Below, in pieces: positions 50,256-64,000 of a stretch of DNA of 64,000 nt. Made by a program: the position numbers and the translations under genes. The DNA lies in contig OX597814.1 in NCBI GenBank assembly GCA_951406725.2, positions 133,300,001-133,364,000 of the forward strand, read 5' to 3'. Every line of letters begins with the position of its first letter. Position 1 is the stretch's first letter. Origin of the DNA: Octopus vulgaris (taxonomy: Eukaryota). Below the pieces are notes generated by a model. The model was given only the letters and a program-made list of their open reading frames with translations. It was not told where the DNA came from and did not search any database.

Positions 50256-50515
50256 TGAATTCCTCGCTCTTTCGGAAACATCAATCTTCTGTATTGACCG
50301 CTTTCCACCACTTTGATCTGTTTTTTGTATTGAATACGTATCGCCACCGTGGGCCACTGCATCGAACACTTTGAACATATACTTCAAACTATATATCAAC
50401 TATACATGAACTATATATCAACTATACATGAACTCTAAGATGTCTGACTCCGTTGTGTATTATAAATGAATTTCTTGTGTTTGACGGATTGAGCTGTCTT
50501 TTTTTATATATAACT

Positions 50516-50557
50516 TTTTTTGATAAAGTTCATTTCAGGAACTGAAACATGTTATAA
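50516..50557 (+). ncRNA. Minimal hammerhead, U3-A8 variant, weak stem I
   Basis: UUGAUAA-AGUUC auuucag GAACU-GAAA-CAUG-UU with palindromic ACAUGU. Confidence 0.62.
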
Positions 50558-50617
50558 TGTATATATATAAAAATTAAAAATTGTATAATACAGCAGCATT
50601 TTCGAACTTCATTTTTT

Positions 50618-50679
<62 letters not shown>

Positions 50680-50682
50680 ATA

Positions 50683-53041
50683 CTAGACTACCCGTGACCC
50701 GTTGGATCACCAGTAGTCCAAGGTACCCGAAAAAATCCATGATCCGATTACGTGAAACTTCTGTTATTGCGTGTGTGTTCACATTTCAGTGGTACCTTAC
50801 TTTCAAAGCATTTTCCTCATTACACGCCGGCTTGACTATGTATAAAGGTACCCGGAAAGCCGCGTATCTCGGTATCCCCTGGTCCGATTTACGCAAAACT
50901 TGAGTTATTCAGTTTGTATTCACATAAGTATCCGATTCATTACTTCTGCTTTTGTCTCTTTCTTTCTGTTTCGCCAGACGCTAGGCTCTTCAAGTGTCCG
51001 ATTCTTGATCTCTCCTGCTTCTGTCTCTTTCCCTCTGTTCCTCCAGATGGTCAGCCCTTGCTGCTTCATAAGTCTCATCGACCCTTCTGTTCCCATGTCT
51101 GTCCCGATCTTGGATAAATATTTCGTAAAGGACCTGTTCGTACTTGGTGTGTAATAATTTTTTCCACGGGTCTGTTCGAGTGCATTCAACGTATCTCACC
51201 TCCAAATCCACCACAGGCCACTTTCTGCCAGAAAAAAGGGGTGAGGGGTTGTGGGAAACTCAAAGTTTCCCGGGAAACTCTGAGTTTTCTCCCAACGTAG
51301 TTTTGTTTCGTGGTGTTTCATTTTCTTTTCCAGGTTATTCCGCATGCTTTCAACGAAAGTGACATCGATATCACACGTAAATGGCTCCATTGGGTCATTG
51401 ACGGTTCAGGTTATAAAACATTGAAGCTGAATTCAATGTTGCGTTGAAATGAAGGAATTTATTCATACTTGTCTTAGATTTTTTTTTACCTTCCACGTTC
51501 TGACGCCGGAAGGAATATTTTCACATTTTCATGTTGTTACAGTCTGTGCGCAAGAATACTTTTGATGGCAACATTCCTAATTGACTGGGTAGCCTTCAGA
51601 AGCACTCTGACATTCCCCTTTCATTTCCTGTGTCTAAGGGACACATACAGTTGACCGTGTCGGAATACAGGTCATTCCAGATAAATCAAGACGTTGTCCA
51701 TAGTTTGTCTTTGTGCTTAATGAATTGTCATAGCGAACTGGGAATTGGCTTTGCTGCAAAGGAATACCCTCACCCTCGGATAGATTAACTGTTATTCTTG
51801 GTATCATAACGATTTTATTTCTGAAAGCGGCAGTGTTAATTCTCGCTACTATGAGACTGTCCTGCAGTTCTTCCATGATCATACGCGTTCCATCACAAAG
51901 CCTTGGAGGATTCAAGTTTCTCATTAGAATTATGGGCGATCCTTTTATCAATTACAGCTTATGTGGTAGCAGTGCTGATCAATCGAATCAAGGAATTCAG
52001 TCTGGAAATTTGTGGCATAGGCACCATCACTCACAGAATCATAAGATCGGTACTCTTTTATGATTCTAGGGAAGCGTCTGATACATGTGGAATTGATGCT
52101 TCTCATCACTTGATTAAGAAGTACTAAGATGCCCTTTTCTCGAAACCTTTTCACCTGGATCGTCGATTCCCAACAACAGTTTTGATTCGTGGGTTTTTTT
52201 TTAGGTTATGTCGCATGCTTTCAACAAATATGACATCGAAACAGGCGTAAACGGCTGCTTTCCACAGAAAAGGAAAGATTTGGCTACTATTTCTTGCACA
52301 CCCTCCTACTACGTAAGAGCTATTTCGGGTTCTTTATCGCAAATAGCTGTTATGTGGTAGCAGGACGTGCTAGAAATAGCAGCCAAATCTTTGGATGTGA
52401 GATATGTTGAATGCACTCGAAAAACTCCTATGGAAAAAATTATTTCACACCGAGGTTATGAACGGGTCTTTTACGAAATATTTACCGTATTTTTAGAGCC
52501 ATTTTCACTTTAAAATAATTTTGAAATGTGCCCGCAAAAATATTTGCAATGGTATTCACTTGAAAACAATTTTAAAAAAGATGAAAACATTTTCTGTTTA
52601 ACGAAAGCTGAAATATAAGCACTTACTGTACAAACATCTTACATTTTTAAAATCACATTCACTTAAAAATGTTTCTAAATGATTAATCTGTGTTTAACAA
52701 AAGCGAAAATATAAACATTTACTGTTAAAAACAACTAGAATCTTCGTTAGCAAGTTAAAGACGTTTGCCAATCTCAATATCTCTAATCGAAAGGCTAGAA
52801 TTTCTTTCCTTTCGGGGCTAAGTTACTTTCGGAGTGTTTTCCAATTATGCACCGATTTGGCTATTTATACCCGCTAATTCCTCAATATCTCAAGAACCAG
52901 TTGTCCGAGTTACTCGAAACTTGTTTTATTCCGTTTTTTTATTAACATTTCACGAGGGCCTTAATTCATAGCATTTTCCAATTATGCGTCGGTTTGGCTG
53001 TGTAACATTGCAAGCAAGCAAGATTGAAGTTCATTTTTAAT

Positions 53042-53134
<93 letters not shown>

Positions 53135-53269
53135 AAGAAGAAGAAGAAGAAGAAGAAGAAGAATAGAAGTGAAATGTACAGTTTACATAGTTGTAACATA
53201 TTTATTATATATTTTTGCATTACAACCCAGCACGTGGGAATATTCACTTTATCGAAATTCTTTTTTTAC

Positions 53270-53345
<76 letters not shown>
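50683..53345 (-). mobile_element. Decayed Helitron (5' boundary uncertain)
   Basis: Minus-strand 3' end has hairpin GTGATCC-aac-GGGTCAC then CTAG|T (CTAG 50683-50686). Internal PIF1 helicase relic and E/R-rich repeat relic. Confidence 0.72.
51634..52150 (-). pseudogene. Helitron PIF1-like helicase C-terminal fragment
   Basis: KGSPIILMRNLNPPRLCDGTRM...VMIPRI...SQFPVR...GQRL, plus HGQLYVSL in another frame. Confidence 0.88.
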
Positions 53346-53349
<4 letters not shown>

Positions 53350-55087
53350 TTAAAATTTCTAAGCCTCTCTAAAGGAGACTATGGCAGCGGTACTGGATAT
53401 TAATAGTTATCGCCAAGCTAATAGGGCAGTTCAGAAATATAGGACGAATGCTGCCGTTGATTAGCTCCAAGAGGCGATCGTCTGTAGCTAGCTATGTGAC
53501 ACACGAACCTGTGTCCATTATAACCTTCGAAGTATTTTGCTATCTTGCTTATAACTAGCTATTTTGCTCATATATACTCACATAGAGATGGATGGATGGA
53601 TAGATGGATGGATAGATGGATGGATGGATGGATGTCCGAAGCAAAGCATCCTTACTTATCAAATGCATACTTTGACTATATAATAAGCATCAGCTGAAAT
53701 GTGAAAGGTTAACCATGTAAGTACTGCTATGTTATAACAAACTGAACGCTTAGTAGTCGAGTTCACTCAGCTGGAAGTATTTCCAGTGGATGTCATTGCT
53801 AGTCATACTGCTATGTATTTTGATAACCCTGCCCAACGGATGCTCATTTTACCTATCTATAGTAATGAGCAATAGTTTTCTATCGTGAAGATAGCGCAGT
53901 ATTCACTAGATTGCAAACATGCCGATAATTGACACGCATGTATACATATATACATTACCTTGTAACACTGGAATACATTCATGCATCAATCATTATACAT
54001 TGGCGTCAACTTTGGCACAGAGTCAGTTGTTCCGGTGAAGAGGCTAAGTCGATTACATTGACTCTAGTGTTGAACTAGTACTTATTTTATTGACCCTGAA
54101 ACGATAAAAGCAAAGTCGATACCGGTGGCATTTGAACTCTCGATAAGCAGTTTACCCGGCGTGATAAAGATCCTTCCACATCCCCGCCTTATTCATAAAT
54201 ATATATTGTAATATTGTAATATATTTTTTTTTCTGAAGAAACGTTTCTAAAGAACTTTTTTTTTTCTGAAGTACCAGGATGTACAAGGCACGTACTCGGT
54301 CCCATGGTGTATGAGCAACCGATTTGTCTCTGAATGGGACATGATTATTTGCAGGGTTAAAAACCAGCAAATTTTGAGGGGGATTACATCAACCCCAGGA
54401 TTTAAGTGGTCCTTTATATCTATCGTTCCCGGAAGGAGGAAAATAAAGTTGATTTCCCAAAGATTTCAACTGGGAACCTAAAAAGCCACGAGAATAATTT
54501 ATATGAGCGGATATTTGTACTTTTATACTAGCGTTAACAGATATGAATGGTTTCGCTATTTTTCGGCCTAATCTTATGAAATTTACATCATAAACATATG
54601 TTTAAACTCACCGATTTGTTTTATAGGAAAGCTAATACGAGCAAGCAGTTAAAGAGTGTGTATGTAGCATAAACGCCGAGTTTTGTATTTTGATTCAGAC
54701 ACATATAGTCTTAACGTAAAGCTGAAGCAGTTTCAACGCGACACAGTTTCTGGCAAGGTTATATCTCAGAAATTTACGTACATTTCATCTGGTGGGCTTA
54801 CATAGAGTACCCCACCATCCAATTTCAATTAGATGTTCTGGGTTGACCCAAGGCTAAGAAAATTACTTTTGTCCAGGGCATCAGCTGAAGATTGTTATTG
54901 CAAGGGGAACTACTTACCTATTCAGTCATATTCCCCTAAATAAAAATAAAATAATATCAACACTTTTAACTTCAAGATTCCTTTTATATTTACCCATTTA
55001 ACATTTAAACCGGCCATATCCGGTCCAAATATGCCTCCTGGTTTAATTTCAAACTGGCCAGCTCTAGCCTCTCAAACTTACCCTATT

Positions 55088-55640
55088 ATGTGAGACCCAT
55101 ATTGAAGTACGGGATTCAAACCTCTTCTCCTCATTTCCTCAAAGACATACAGCATCTCGAAAGAGTCCAGAAGCTGACTACCCGCATGGTTCTTGATCTC
55201 AAGCATTTGTATTATGAAGAAAGGCTGAAGACGCTCGACTTTTATTCTCTAGAAAAACGACGGCACTTTGGTGATCTCATTCTTGCTCACAACATCATAA
55301 GCGGAAAGTGTAACCTCTCGAAAGAGCTGTTCTTCACTCCTGCTCCAGAGCGTCGGCTGCGGGGTCACTCCGAAAAGCTCTATCTGCGACGATTTCATCT
55401 CAATCGAAGGAGAGGGGCTTTCTATGTCCGGGTTGCGGATCAGTGAAATAAGCTGCCGGACGAGATAGTGAAGATGCCGACGACCGCTCGGTTCAAAGTC
55501 TCCCTTGACCACAAGTGGCCTGAACTCTTTACATGAACACCACCCTGTACATAACTCCATGTCCCCTTACATGGCCTTGCTTTCTGCTTTTTGTGTCAAA
55601 AAATTAACTAACCAACTAACTAACTAACTAACTAACTAAC
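55088..55640 (+). mobile_element. CR1 LINE 3' end with (TAAC)n tail
   Basis: VRPILKYG...LERVQK...YEERLKTL...LEKRR..GDLI...LRGHSEKL; ends in ACTA tandem tail. Confidence 0.9.
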
Positions 55641-55879
55641 ATGTCATCCTAAAAATAAGTAATAGCATCATAAAAATCTTAAAGCTATGAGACTACTAGA
55701 TTACTTCAAGATAATACTGATACGTAAGCTTTACATTTTGCAGAGTAATTTGAACACTAGACTGTTAAAGTGATATGAGTTCTGACAAGTCTTAAAGAGA
55801 AACAAAAGCGAAACAGGGGAAAACACAGTTCAGTTACTATTCTTGTACGTATGTACACACAATCACATACGCGTATATG

Positions 55880-56016
<137 letters not shown>

Positions 56017-56774
56017 TAGATATATACATACATATATATCTTCATATATGTTATATATAATCATATATATATACATACATAAGTACATACAAACATACAT
56101 ACATATTCCGTACGTACATACAGGCATATATTACATACATAAATATACGCATGCATAATGTTTATTGATGGAAATAATCTCCTTTGGTTTTCTCATAATA
56201 GTATAATAAAAGAATGTAAAGCCGAACAAAAGTTAAATTCCGTTGATAACATGACATGATTCTGAACCAAACTGAGACAACTTATGAAGACCTACAGATA
56301 TTTTTGCTACGTGATATCATACTCGAATATCAATTTGCCATAATTTCTTTCCAGTTATCTTATGTCTATAAATGTTATATGAACACATTAAGTTCATACA
56401 TATTATATCTATTATATCATTCCCAATGTAAGTATCATAGGCGCGCACGTTCAAGAGTAATGATTTATGTCTATTTAGATTACTTCATATATTTGATGAC
56501 TCAGATCCAAGATGCAAGCTACATACTTTCTAAATGTTCTTTAGTAACACATTCATATTTACATCACTTCAATCATTTGTGAAAGCTAACATGTTTGCAA
56601 CTTAAAGCATATTTATGGCTCTAGACAGGCACTAGTGTGCCAACATCAAATATTTTAAGCACGGAAATTCATCGAAATATTAACTCAGCTACTTGAGTAC
56701 GACAGAAAATGCTTCAATATTACATGAAAAGGAATTGAATTATGGTGAACTTTATTCCAAATTGTATTTCAATA

Positions 56775-56950
56775 TTGGTTTCAAATTTCGGCACAAGGCT
56801 AGCAGATTTAAGGATGAGGTTAAGTCGATTACAACGACCCCATTGTAGAACTTGGATTTACTTTTCGATCCCGCAATGAGAAAAGGTGAAATAACCATCG
56901 TTTGAATTTGAACTCAGAACGTAAAAACGGATGAAATGCCGCTAAGCATA
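56775..56950 (-). mobile_element. Decayed SINE (same family as 40696)
   Basis: Reverse complement of GCTTAGCGGCATTTCATCCG...GTTCTGAGTTCAAATTC and the CTTGTGCC tail. Confidence 0.65.
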
Positions 56951-57083
56951 TCCCTTTTGTTTTTTCTGTAATCTCTTGAATTCTTGTCTAGATATTGACA
57001 CAGAAACTCTAACTTCTTTCGTTACATATTTATTTCTTCTAAATAACACAATGAGGGATTATTTGGATGAGTTCTGCTCATTG

Positions 57084-57131
<48 letters not shown>

Positions 57132-57142
57132 ATATCGATCAA

Positions 57143-57362
57143 GGCGGCGAGCTGGCAGAATCGTTAGTACGCCGGTCGAAGAGCATAGAGGTATTTTGTC
57201 TCTCTTCAAGTTCTCACTTCAAAAATCCGCCGAGGTCGACTTTGCTTCTCATTCTTTCGGGGTCGACAAATTAAGTACCAGTGAATTGATAATTGACTAG
57301 TCGCTTTCCCCAAAATGGCTATCCTTGTGCCAAAATTTTAAACCATTATTATTATTATTATT
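57143..57362 (+). mobile_element. tRNA-derived SINE with (ATT)n tail
   Basis: Same head and core as 40696. Confidence 0.88.
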
Positions 57363-57409
57363 GATGTGTGAGTGCGTGTGTCTGTGTGTATGTCTATCTG
57401 TGAAGAGAG

Positions 57410-57710
57410 GGTGAATGTGCGTGGCCTATATGTTAGGCGCGTTGCACTGACGATCGTGGGATCGTGGTTTCGATTCGCAGATAGCTCCGCGTTGTATTCT
57501 CGAGCAAAACACTTCATTTCACGTTTCTCCAGTCCACGTAGCTGTAAATAGGTAACGCTGCGACGGTCTAGCTTTCAGATCAGGGGGACTGCTGGCCTAC
57601 ATACTTGGCCGGGGGAATTTCATCATTCGAAAACCTAAACGACGGAAAGAGTATTGTGACCAGTGATATATAACAGCATTCCGATAGTCTGGTTGATCAC
57701 ATGATCACAT
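57410..57710 (+). mobile_element. Decayed tRNA-derived SINE (second family)
   Basis: TGGCCTATATGTTAGG...GGTTTCGATTC...TCGAGCAAAACACTTCATTTCAC. A similar minus copy lies at ~60895-61118. Confidence 0.6.
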
Positions 57711-57825
57711 GATGCATACATAAATACACACATGTAAATACATACGCACATACATTTACTGAAATACGTTCATATATATGCATGTATGTACTATGTATGC
57801 CTGTATGTATGTTTAACACACTCAC

Positions 57826-57863
<38 letters not shown>

Positions 57864-58173
57864 ATGTATTATATAGTCAGGAAGAATGTACATAAATAAT
57901 TCATAGTAGTTTGCTCAATAAAAGTGCGCAACAATTATTCATAAAGATGAAAAATTCTCCGAGGCGACTACAACTGGCTGGAAAAGGAATGAATAAGCAA
58001 AAAAATTCAAATTGTAAGAAAGAATAAAAATCACAGATCACCGTCATTCATAATTTGCAGAATGGCCAGATTCGAAACAAAAATACTTAAAGAAAATTAA
58101 ACTATGAATGCTATAAGAACGCAAATCACATTGAAGTACATGAAAACGCAAATCGCTCAATACGTTGGATACC

Positions 58174-58280
<107 letters not shown>

Positions 58281-58285
58281 GCACG

Positions 58286-58322
<37 letters not shown>

Positions 58323-58953
58323 GTCTATATAAAATCTGCTTGTTGGTTTGCCCGATATACATTAGTTAGAGATGTGAAGGGAGAGTGAAGAAAGAAGAGA
58401 GGAAGAAGTAGAGAAAGCTGATTAATAATTAATACACTTCGGCCAAATGGTCACATGGTCAACTGAAGGTAGAGGCGAACAATGAGAGAAAAAGACGACG
58501 AGAGAAAAAAGAGGGAGAGAGAAATATTAATAGGTTGGGTGGTAGGTTGGGGGAAAGAATATTTATTACGTAGTTAAGTTAGCTGAAGAGAAAGGTAGAT
58601 AGAGAGGTGTGGACAGGGGAGGCAGTTAGATTGAGAGACCGGGGCAGAGGCGGTGGTGGTGGAGGTAGTGGTGGTGGTGTATTGATAGTGAAAGTAATTT
58701 TTTTATTGAACTATTTTTTTATAGCGACCCTCACTTAATGCATGCGCGTAAGTTCCATTATTTATCGTCTACTTCCTTTTAAAATTGATATTAAGCCTAG
58801 AGAATTTGGATTCACAAAAAACAACGCTGCAAGTCCAGGATAGGACTACACAGCCACAGCAGGAAATGTATCAGGACATGAAATATAAAAGCCGGACTAG
58901 ACTACTTCATGCGCAACTCCATTGTCTCCCGAGACAGAAAGGATGCCAATACA

Positions 58954-59024
<71 letters not shown>

Positions 59025-59086
59025 TGTCTGTCTGTGTGTGTGTGAGATGGACTCTCCCATTATTACACACGCGCACACACACAAAC

Positions 59087-59185
<99 letters not shown>

Positions 59186-59639
59186 CGTATATACATATTA
59201 TACTCTCATAATAGTATAACAATTGACAATTCGAAATTTTGTGTTGCAATGGAAAACCTTACGTTATTAGAAAATCACCCTTTAAGGGGCTAATTGAACC
59301 TTTTTTGAAACTTCTTGTGTTAATTATTTACACATTTTCTGAAATTATGATTTCCAGCCAAAATACAGACAGCGCCTCTAATATCAACAGGATTACCTTC
59401 CCTGTCATGAACAGGAGGAGGTGAACCCAGAAGAAAACCAGAAATATACGACAAATTCTACAAAGGACACCCCAATGTGCAACAATAAAAAAGAACTGAA
59501 AAAGAAAATGAATTAAGCAAACCAAGTATAAGCCAGGAAAACCTAAATGTTAACCAGGCTAACCTAGAAAAATATAAAAGCTTAGCAAAGTGTGAAGGGA
59601 ACAATATAAGCTTAACCCTAACCGGTGGTATAAATTCAA

Positions 59640-60020
59640 CAAACAGCTAGAAAAACAATAGTATTTAAAATTCTTTCACTAAAAACGAAAACAATCGCAC
59701 ATATGCTAAAGGAAACAATAGAAAAGTGCCTGCAGCCTATATGGAGCGATACCAAATACGTAGCAAGAAGATAAAGATACGGCAGTGTGGAGGTAAGTTT
59801 CGCTTCCGAAACAAAGAAGCAAAGGAAGACTCCACAGTGTCTTTGAAAACCAACGAATGGATGCTACTGCCCACTTATATGGGTAAACGTATGTCTAAAA
59901 TATAAATTGGGGAGGTCCTACCAGAAATTGGCTCGTAACCGCTGTTTTGCTCGATTTGAAATGTAGCGTTTCCATACTGCAGGTCACGAAGCTGCACCAA
60001 CAAAACTGGTAGGTCAAGGC
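59640..60020 (+). pseudogene. Diverged relic of the same ORF1 family as 29179-30416
   Basis: KTIVFKILSLKTKTIAHMLKETIEKCL...YGSVEVSF...LLPTYMGKRMSKI*IGEVLPEI aligns by eye with RTVVLRTYSKARDTIALFEKTAIEKEL...YATVWLLF...FLPTYKKKKLMKAWICGLPPDI. Confidence 0.65.
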
Positions 60021-61164
60021 CTCGAATTCATCATACACAATACAAACATACACACCACACACACCTGACCCGCATACTCCAGAATCAACAACACGGCAAT
60101 CAACACTAAGAACATACAATTAACAGAACACATAAGCAAAAACCTGTATATCACATTTCAACATTCCTTCCTCACCTTCACGAATGCCTGAACACATCCA
60201 ATTGATAATACTTGGCTGTCACTCATATACGGAACTACAAGAACCATATCCTAATGACATTAGAACATCACAATTTAATGTTACTAAACACATTTACCGG
60301 AATTTAATCAACGAAGCCCCACAAGCCACGTCGGGAGGGGAGGATAAAACTACACCTCTCCCCAATCTCCAAAACGCAACCAAGAATGCCACACAGGACA
60401 CACCGGGAGGGGAGGATAAATTCACATTATCCCTCCATCACCAAGTAAGCAATTAATTCCTTTCATCATGGTTTCTTTCAAGTTTGGCAGTGCGAATGTT
60501 TGTCAATGTGGTTGATGAGAGAGAAAGGAATTAAGACGGACGACTTTCTCGCTAGCCAAGTTTCATTAAATTATTTTTCTTACTTTCTCAGAAGAATAAT
60601 AAGGCTAAAGAGAGAGCTGTTACCACTGTGTGTGTTCAGGACTAGGTGGATGCAAATTGCTCGATCGTTCAGAATGTGGCCAACATGCTACCGTAAGACT
60701 CCGTGAGAGCAGTGCTATCTCATCATTATTCTATGTATAATTTTTATTTTGTTATTTCTTTTCATATTGTTTTCCATCTGCCCATGTTGTGGACCCCTAA
60801 TTGTTCTTGACTGTCCTATATGGTCCATCTATATCGGCCCTAGTGGCTAATAAAGAACTAAATTTCTTACTGAAGAACACAGATGATTTGCTAATAGTGA
60901 TCAAATATTTGTGTAGACATAAGCTCACCCTCTCCATCAGATCGACATTACCTGTACAGGTGCAACGGGTGCCACATGTTAGATGTCGAAAAGACCGCAG
61001 AGCAACGTGGAATGTAGTGCTTTGATCAAGAACACAACGCAACGCCCGGTCTGGAAATCGAACCCACGATCTCACAATCGTGAGGGCAACACATTTGGCT
61101 CTAAGCCATATGCCTTCAAATATATATGTATATACGTATGTGTGTGACTCTATGTACGTGCTTG

Positions 61165-61209
<45 letters not shown>

Positions 61210-61992
61210 GTATATATATATAGATAGGTCCATGGATACATTACATGTATAAAGCATAAATACTATGTATAATTATATATCACACATTAGCGACGAAGGC
61301 AGTATTATTGCCGAATGGCAGCCTTTGTATATTATTTAATATGTATGTGTTATAAGATCACCTTAATACTACAGAATTATTACTTTTGAGGTTATCTCTA
61401 CAGATATTCTATCGAAATTATAGCCAGCACTGATGTTTTCATGGTTGCATAACGAAATACCGCGTACCTACACAATATTAATAACTACAGAATTAGTCCT
61501 GAGAAAATCACTGGTTATTGGCGTCTTTTGCATATTAGCAAAGAGTTATAGACAGGAGACAAGGAAAATAATATTTACATTATATATGACAAAAATACGA
61601 AAATAAAAATATCTGTGTAAGTTTGGTATCGGTTACAACTAATTCAATAACATTGCATTTCAGTCCACACTGCCTATAAATACTTATTTACGATAAATAA
61701 TTCATGACTGATATAAATTATGCCTGGCTATGTAGTGATGCCTGACATCTCCTGCGATACTTACGAAACTAAGTTATCCTATAAGACAGCATGTACGATA
61801 ACTAAGTCTGAAGAAGTTTGAATAATCGTATGAAGAAGTGCTGTCCATCTCTATTTCAACCACTTAGAGAAGTCTTGATGTGTAATGATGATTCTAGCGT
61901 GATGCCACTGAAAAATAAAACATCAAGCAATATTAAGATTTCGTTGTACAGATTGTCTTTATTTGTGAATTATGTGTGTGTGTGTGTGTGTG

Positions 61993-62040
<48 letters not shown>

Positions 62041-62214
62041 ATCACGTGATCGACCAGACCATCAGATGTTGCTACACATCGCTGGTCACAATGCGTTCGC
62101 ATTGTTTTAGCCTTTGAATGACGCCACCCCGCTGGCTAAGCGAGCAGGCCAACAGAAGAAAGAGTGAGATGAAAGAGTGGTGAAAGAGTACAGCGGGATA
62201 TATATATTATATCA

Positions 62215-62251
<37 letters not shown>

Positions 62252-62459
62252 TAACACTATGCATAAGGATTCACAGGGCATCAAACCTGTTTAGAAATAT
62301 GAGTCAATATCACAAAATCAACCTCCACAATCACCAAAGTATGACAGAGACAAATGTAACCGAGTGAACGGATAAAGAGCCAGTGGGCCATATCTGAAAC
62401 CATGGTACATGAATATCCGAATGGCATAATCCTTAATGTCATGTTAGTATGTTTTTCTT

Positions 62460-63000
62460 AAATTCTTTATATAGTGGTGATGTTCGCGGGAGAGTAGGGT
62501 CGCACCGATAGAGTCGTCAATATCACGACCGTATTGTTTAGGATTGAGACCAGTGAAACGTGAGGATATTTGGGCCTTAACGTATTGGGCCCATTCTCGT
62601 CCCGATGACCACTCCCGAGATCTGCTGGTAAAACTCACCCGCGAACGAGAAGCAGTTAAGTAAGAGGACAAGTTCGGCCAGACGATGGAGTGTGGACGTG
62701 TCAGGTTGGAGGTTGCGTCGAAGGTCAATGACATTTTAAAGTGCACGCAGCTCCTCGTGGTGAGAAATCACCGTGTATATACTCTTGATGTAAAGAGTGA
62801 AGAGAAGTTTAGAGGAGCCAGGAGGGAAGGAGAAAGAGTTGAATAAACGAAAAAACGGTTGGTGGGAAGCCACTAGGGGGCAAGAACAAGGTCAAGATAT
62901 CTGAAGATGAGTTCGGTGGGGCTATTGCAGGCGGAAATGAAGGGGCAGCCAGGATTGTTAGGATTGTGGATTTTGGAGAGGAAGTAAATTGTGGGGGTGC
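62460..63000 (-). pseudogene. Decayed, internally deleted PLE reverse transcriptase
   Basis: PTIYFLSKIHNPNNPGCPFISACNSPTELIFRYLD...KSIYTVI and YGRDIDDSIGA. Confidence 0.75.
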
Positions 63001-63378
63001 AAAAAATAACTGAGATGTAGTTGAATTAGGTACTTAAGTTGAAGCACCAAATTAGTACGGTATTATCTGTACAACTCAAATTAAAGTAAATAGAATCAAA
63101 ATAAAATAGGCTAAAAAACGACATACAGTTATTAGAAATGTAGTATATTTTTAGCTATATTAGTAGCAACATAGACTCTTTCCCTCCTCTTGCTCTATTA
63201 GAGAATTTGAGTAAAATTATATTAATATGTCCAACTGACAAAAAATTATATTTATTTATGCAGCTGAGGATAGGCCTGCATTTCAATTGATGTAATGCTT
63301 GCATTATTCAATTAAATGGAGCAGCTTGAAACGGTCGTACTGCATCACATCTTGATATCCTGTTGTTCACTTTGATGT

Positions 63379-63442
<64 letters not shown>

Positions 63443-64000
63443 ATTGTATTTTCATGCAACCTGCTATTGAAAAGACCGTTCGTTGAAAGGACCAATGAAA
63501 CAAAACCATTTTCAAAAGTGAATCTATCAAAGTAATTGTATATTTATGCAGGTAATTTTGTTTCAGTCTAAACAAAACTGTCCGACGAAAGGAAACGTGA
63601 AACACTGAGTAACAGATTTTGTGATATTTTTGCTGCTTTTTTAATAAAGCATATTACTCTACCTCCGGTATTTGATTTCTGTTTTTTCCCCCTTGTTTCG
63701 CATTTTGTGCTTACTCTTGTGTAACCCGCTGCTTCTTCAGAATGTTTGAGCGACTCTCTACAAGTGAGAAGAAGAAACAGCTGAAAGAAATGAATCTTTA
63801 CCCATTGGATTTTTCCCTAAAAAGTATACCCATCCCGGCATAGAAGCAATATCTCAAATGGGAGGATTTTATCCGAAGAATGAGATGGAAAGCCTTCCTC
63901 TTTGACACGAACCAACAATCTAACAGAAACAAATACGGCCATAAATCTAAAATTCCACCACCTATTTCAGAATTAGAAGCTTTTGAAAAAACCTTTTCGA

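Larger units (their letters stand above)
47479..50622 (+). mobile_element. Penelope-like element 3 (Neptune-type), 5'-truncated, with long 3' pLTR
   Basis: RT 47704..49071 and frameshifted GIY-YIG 49068..49541, clearly homologous to element 2B. Flanked by (TA)n. Confidence 0.93.

Overview
AT-rich, microsatellite-laden, repeat-dominated eukaryotic DNA. The SINE types and the (TA)n/(CA)n/(TAGA)n load suggest an invertebrate, probably a cephalopod such as Octopus (inference). No host gene exon could be supported. Contents: two decayed mariner copies and an internally deleted mariner; at least four large Penelope-like elements (PLEs; RT + C-terminal GIY-YIG); fragments of Tx1/L1, RTE, CR1 and RLE-type LINEs; a decayed Helitron; many tRNA-derived SINEs. 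The most notable signal is a PLE/hammerhead-ribozyme system. (i) A non-coding 445-bp tandem array at 23.8-26.0 kb carries one type I hammerhead per unit (retrozyme-like). (ii) About 15 hammerhead folds from six families together show all three Watson-Crick versions of the core 3-8 pair (C-G, U-A, G-C). (iii) Five head-to-head inverted insertions have both 3' ends pointing outward into TA-rich microsatellites. (iv) A T TTT TTA -1 frameshift site joins the two ORFs of the best-preserved PLE. (v) One pLTR has a CCAAT/CRE/TATA + Kozak ATG + splice-donor cassette. There is also a TSD-flanked, ORF1-only (HAL1-like) retroelement. All RNA folds and alignments were done by eye, so boundaries are approximate to a few bases.
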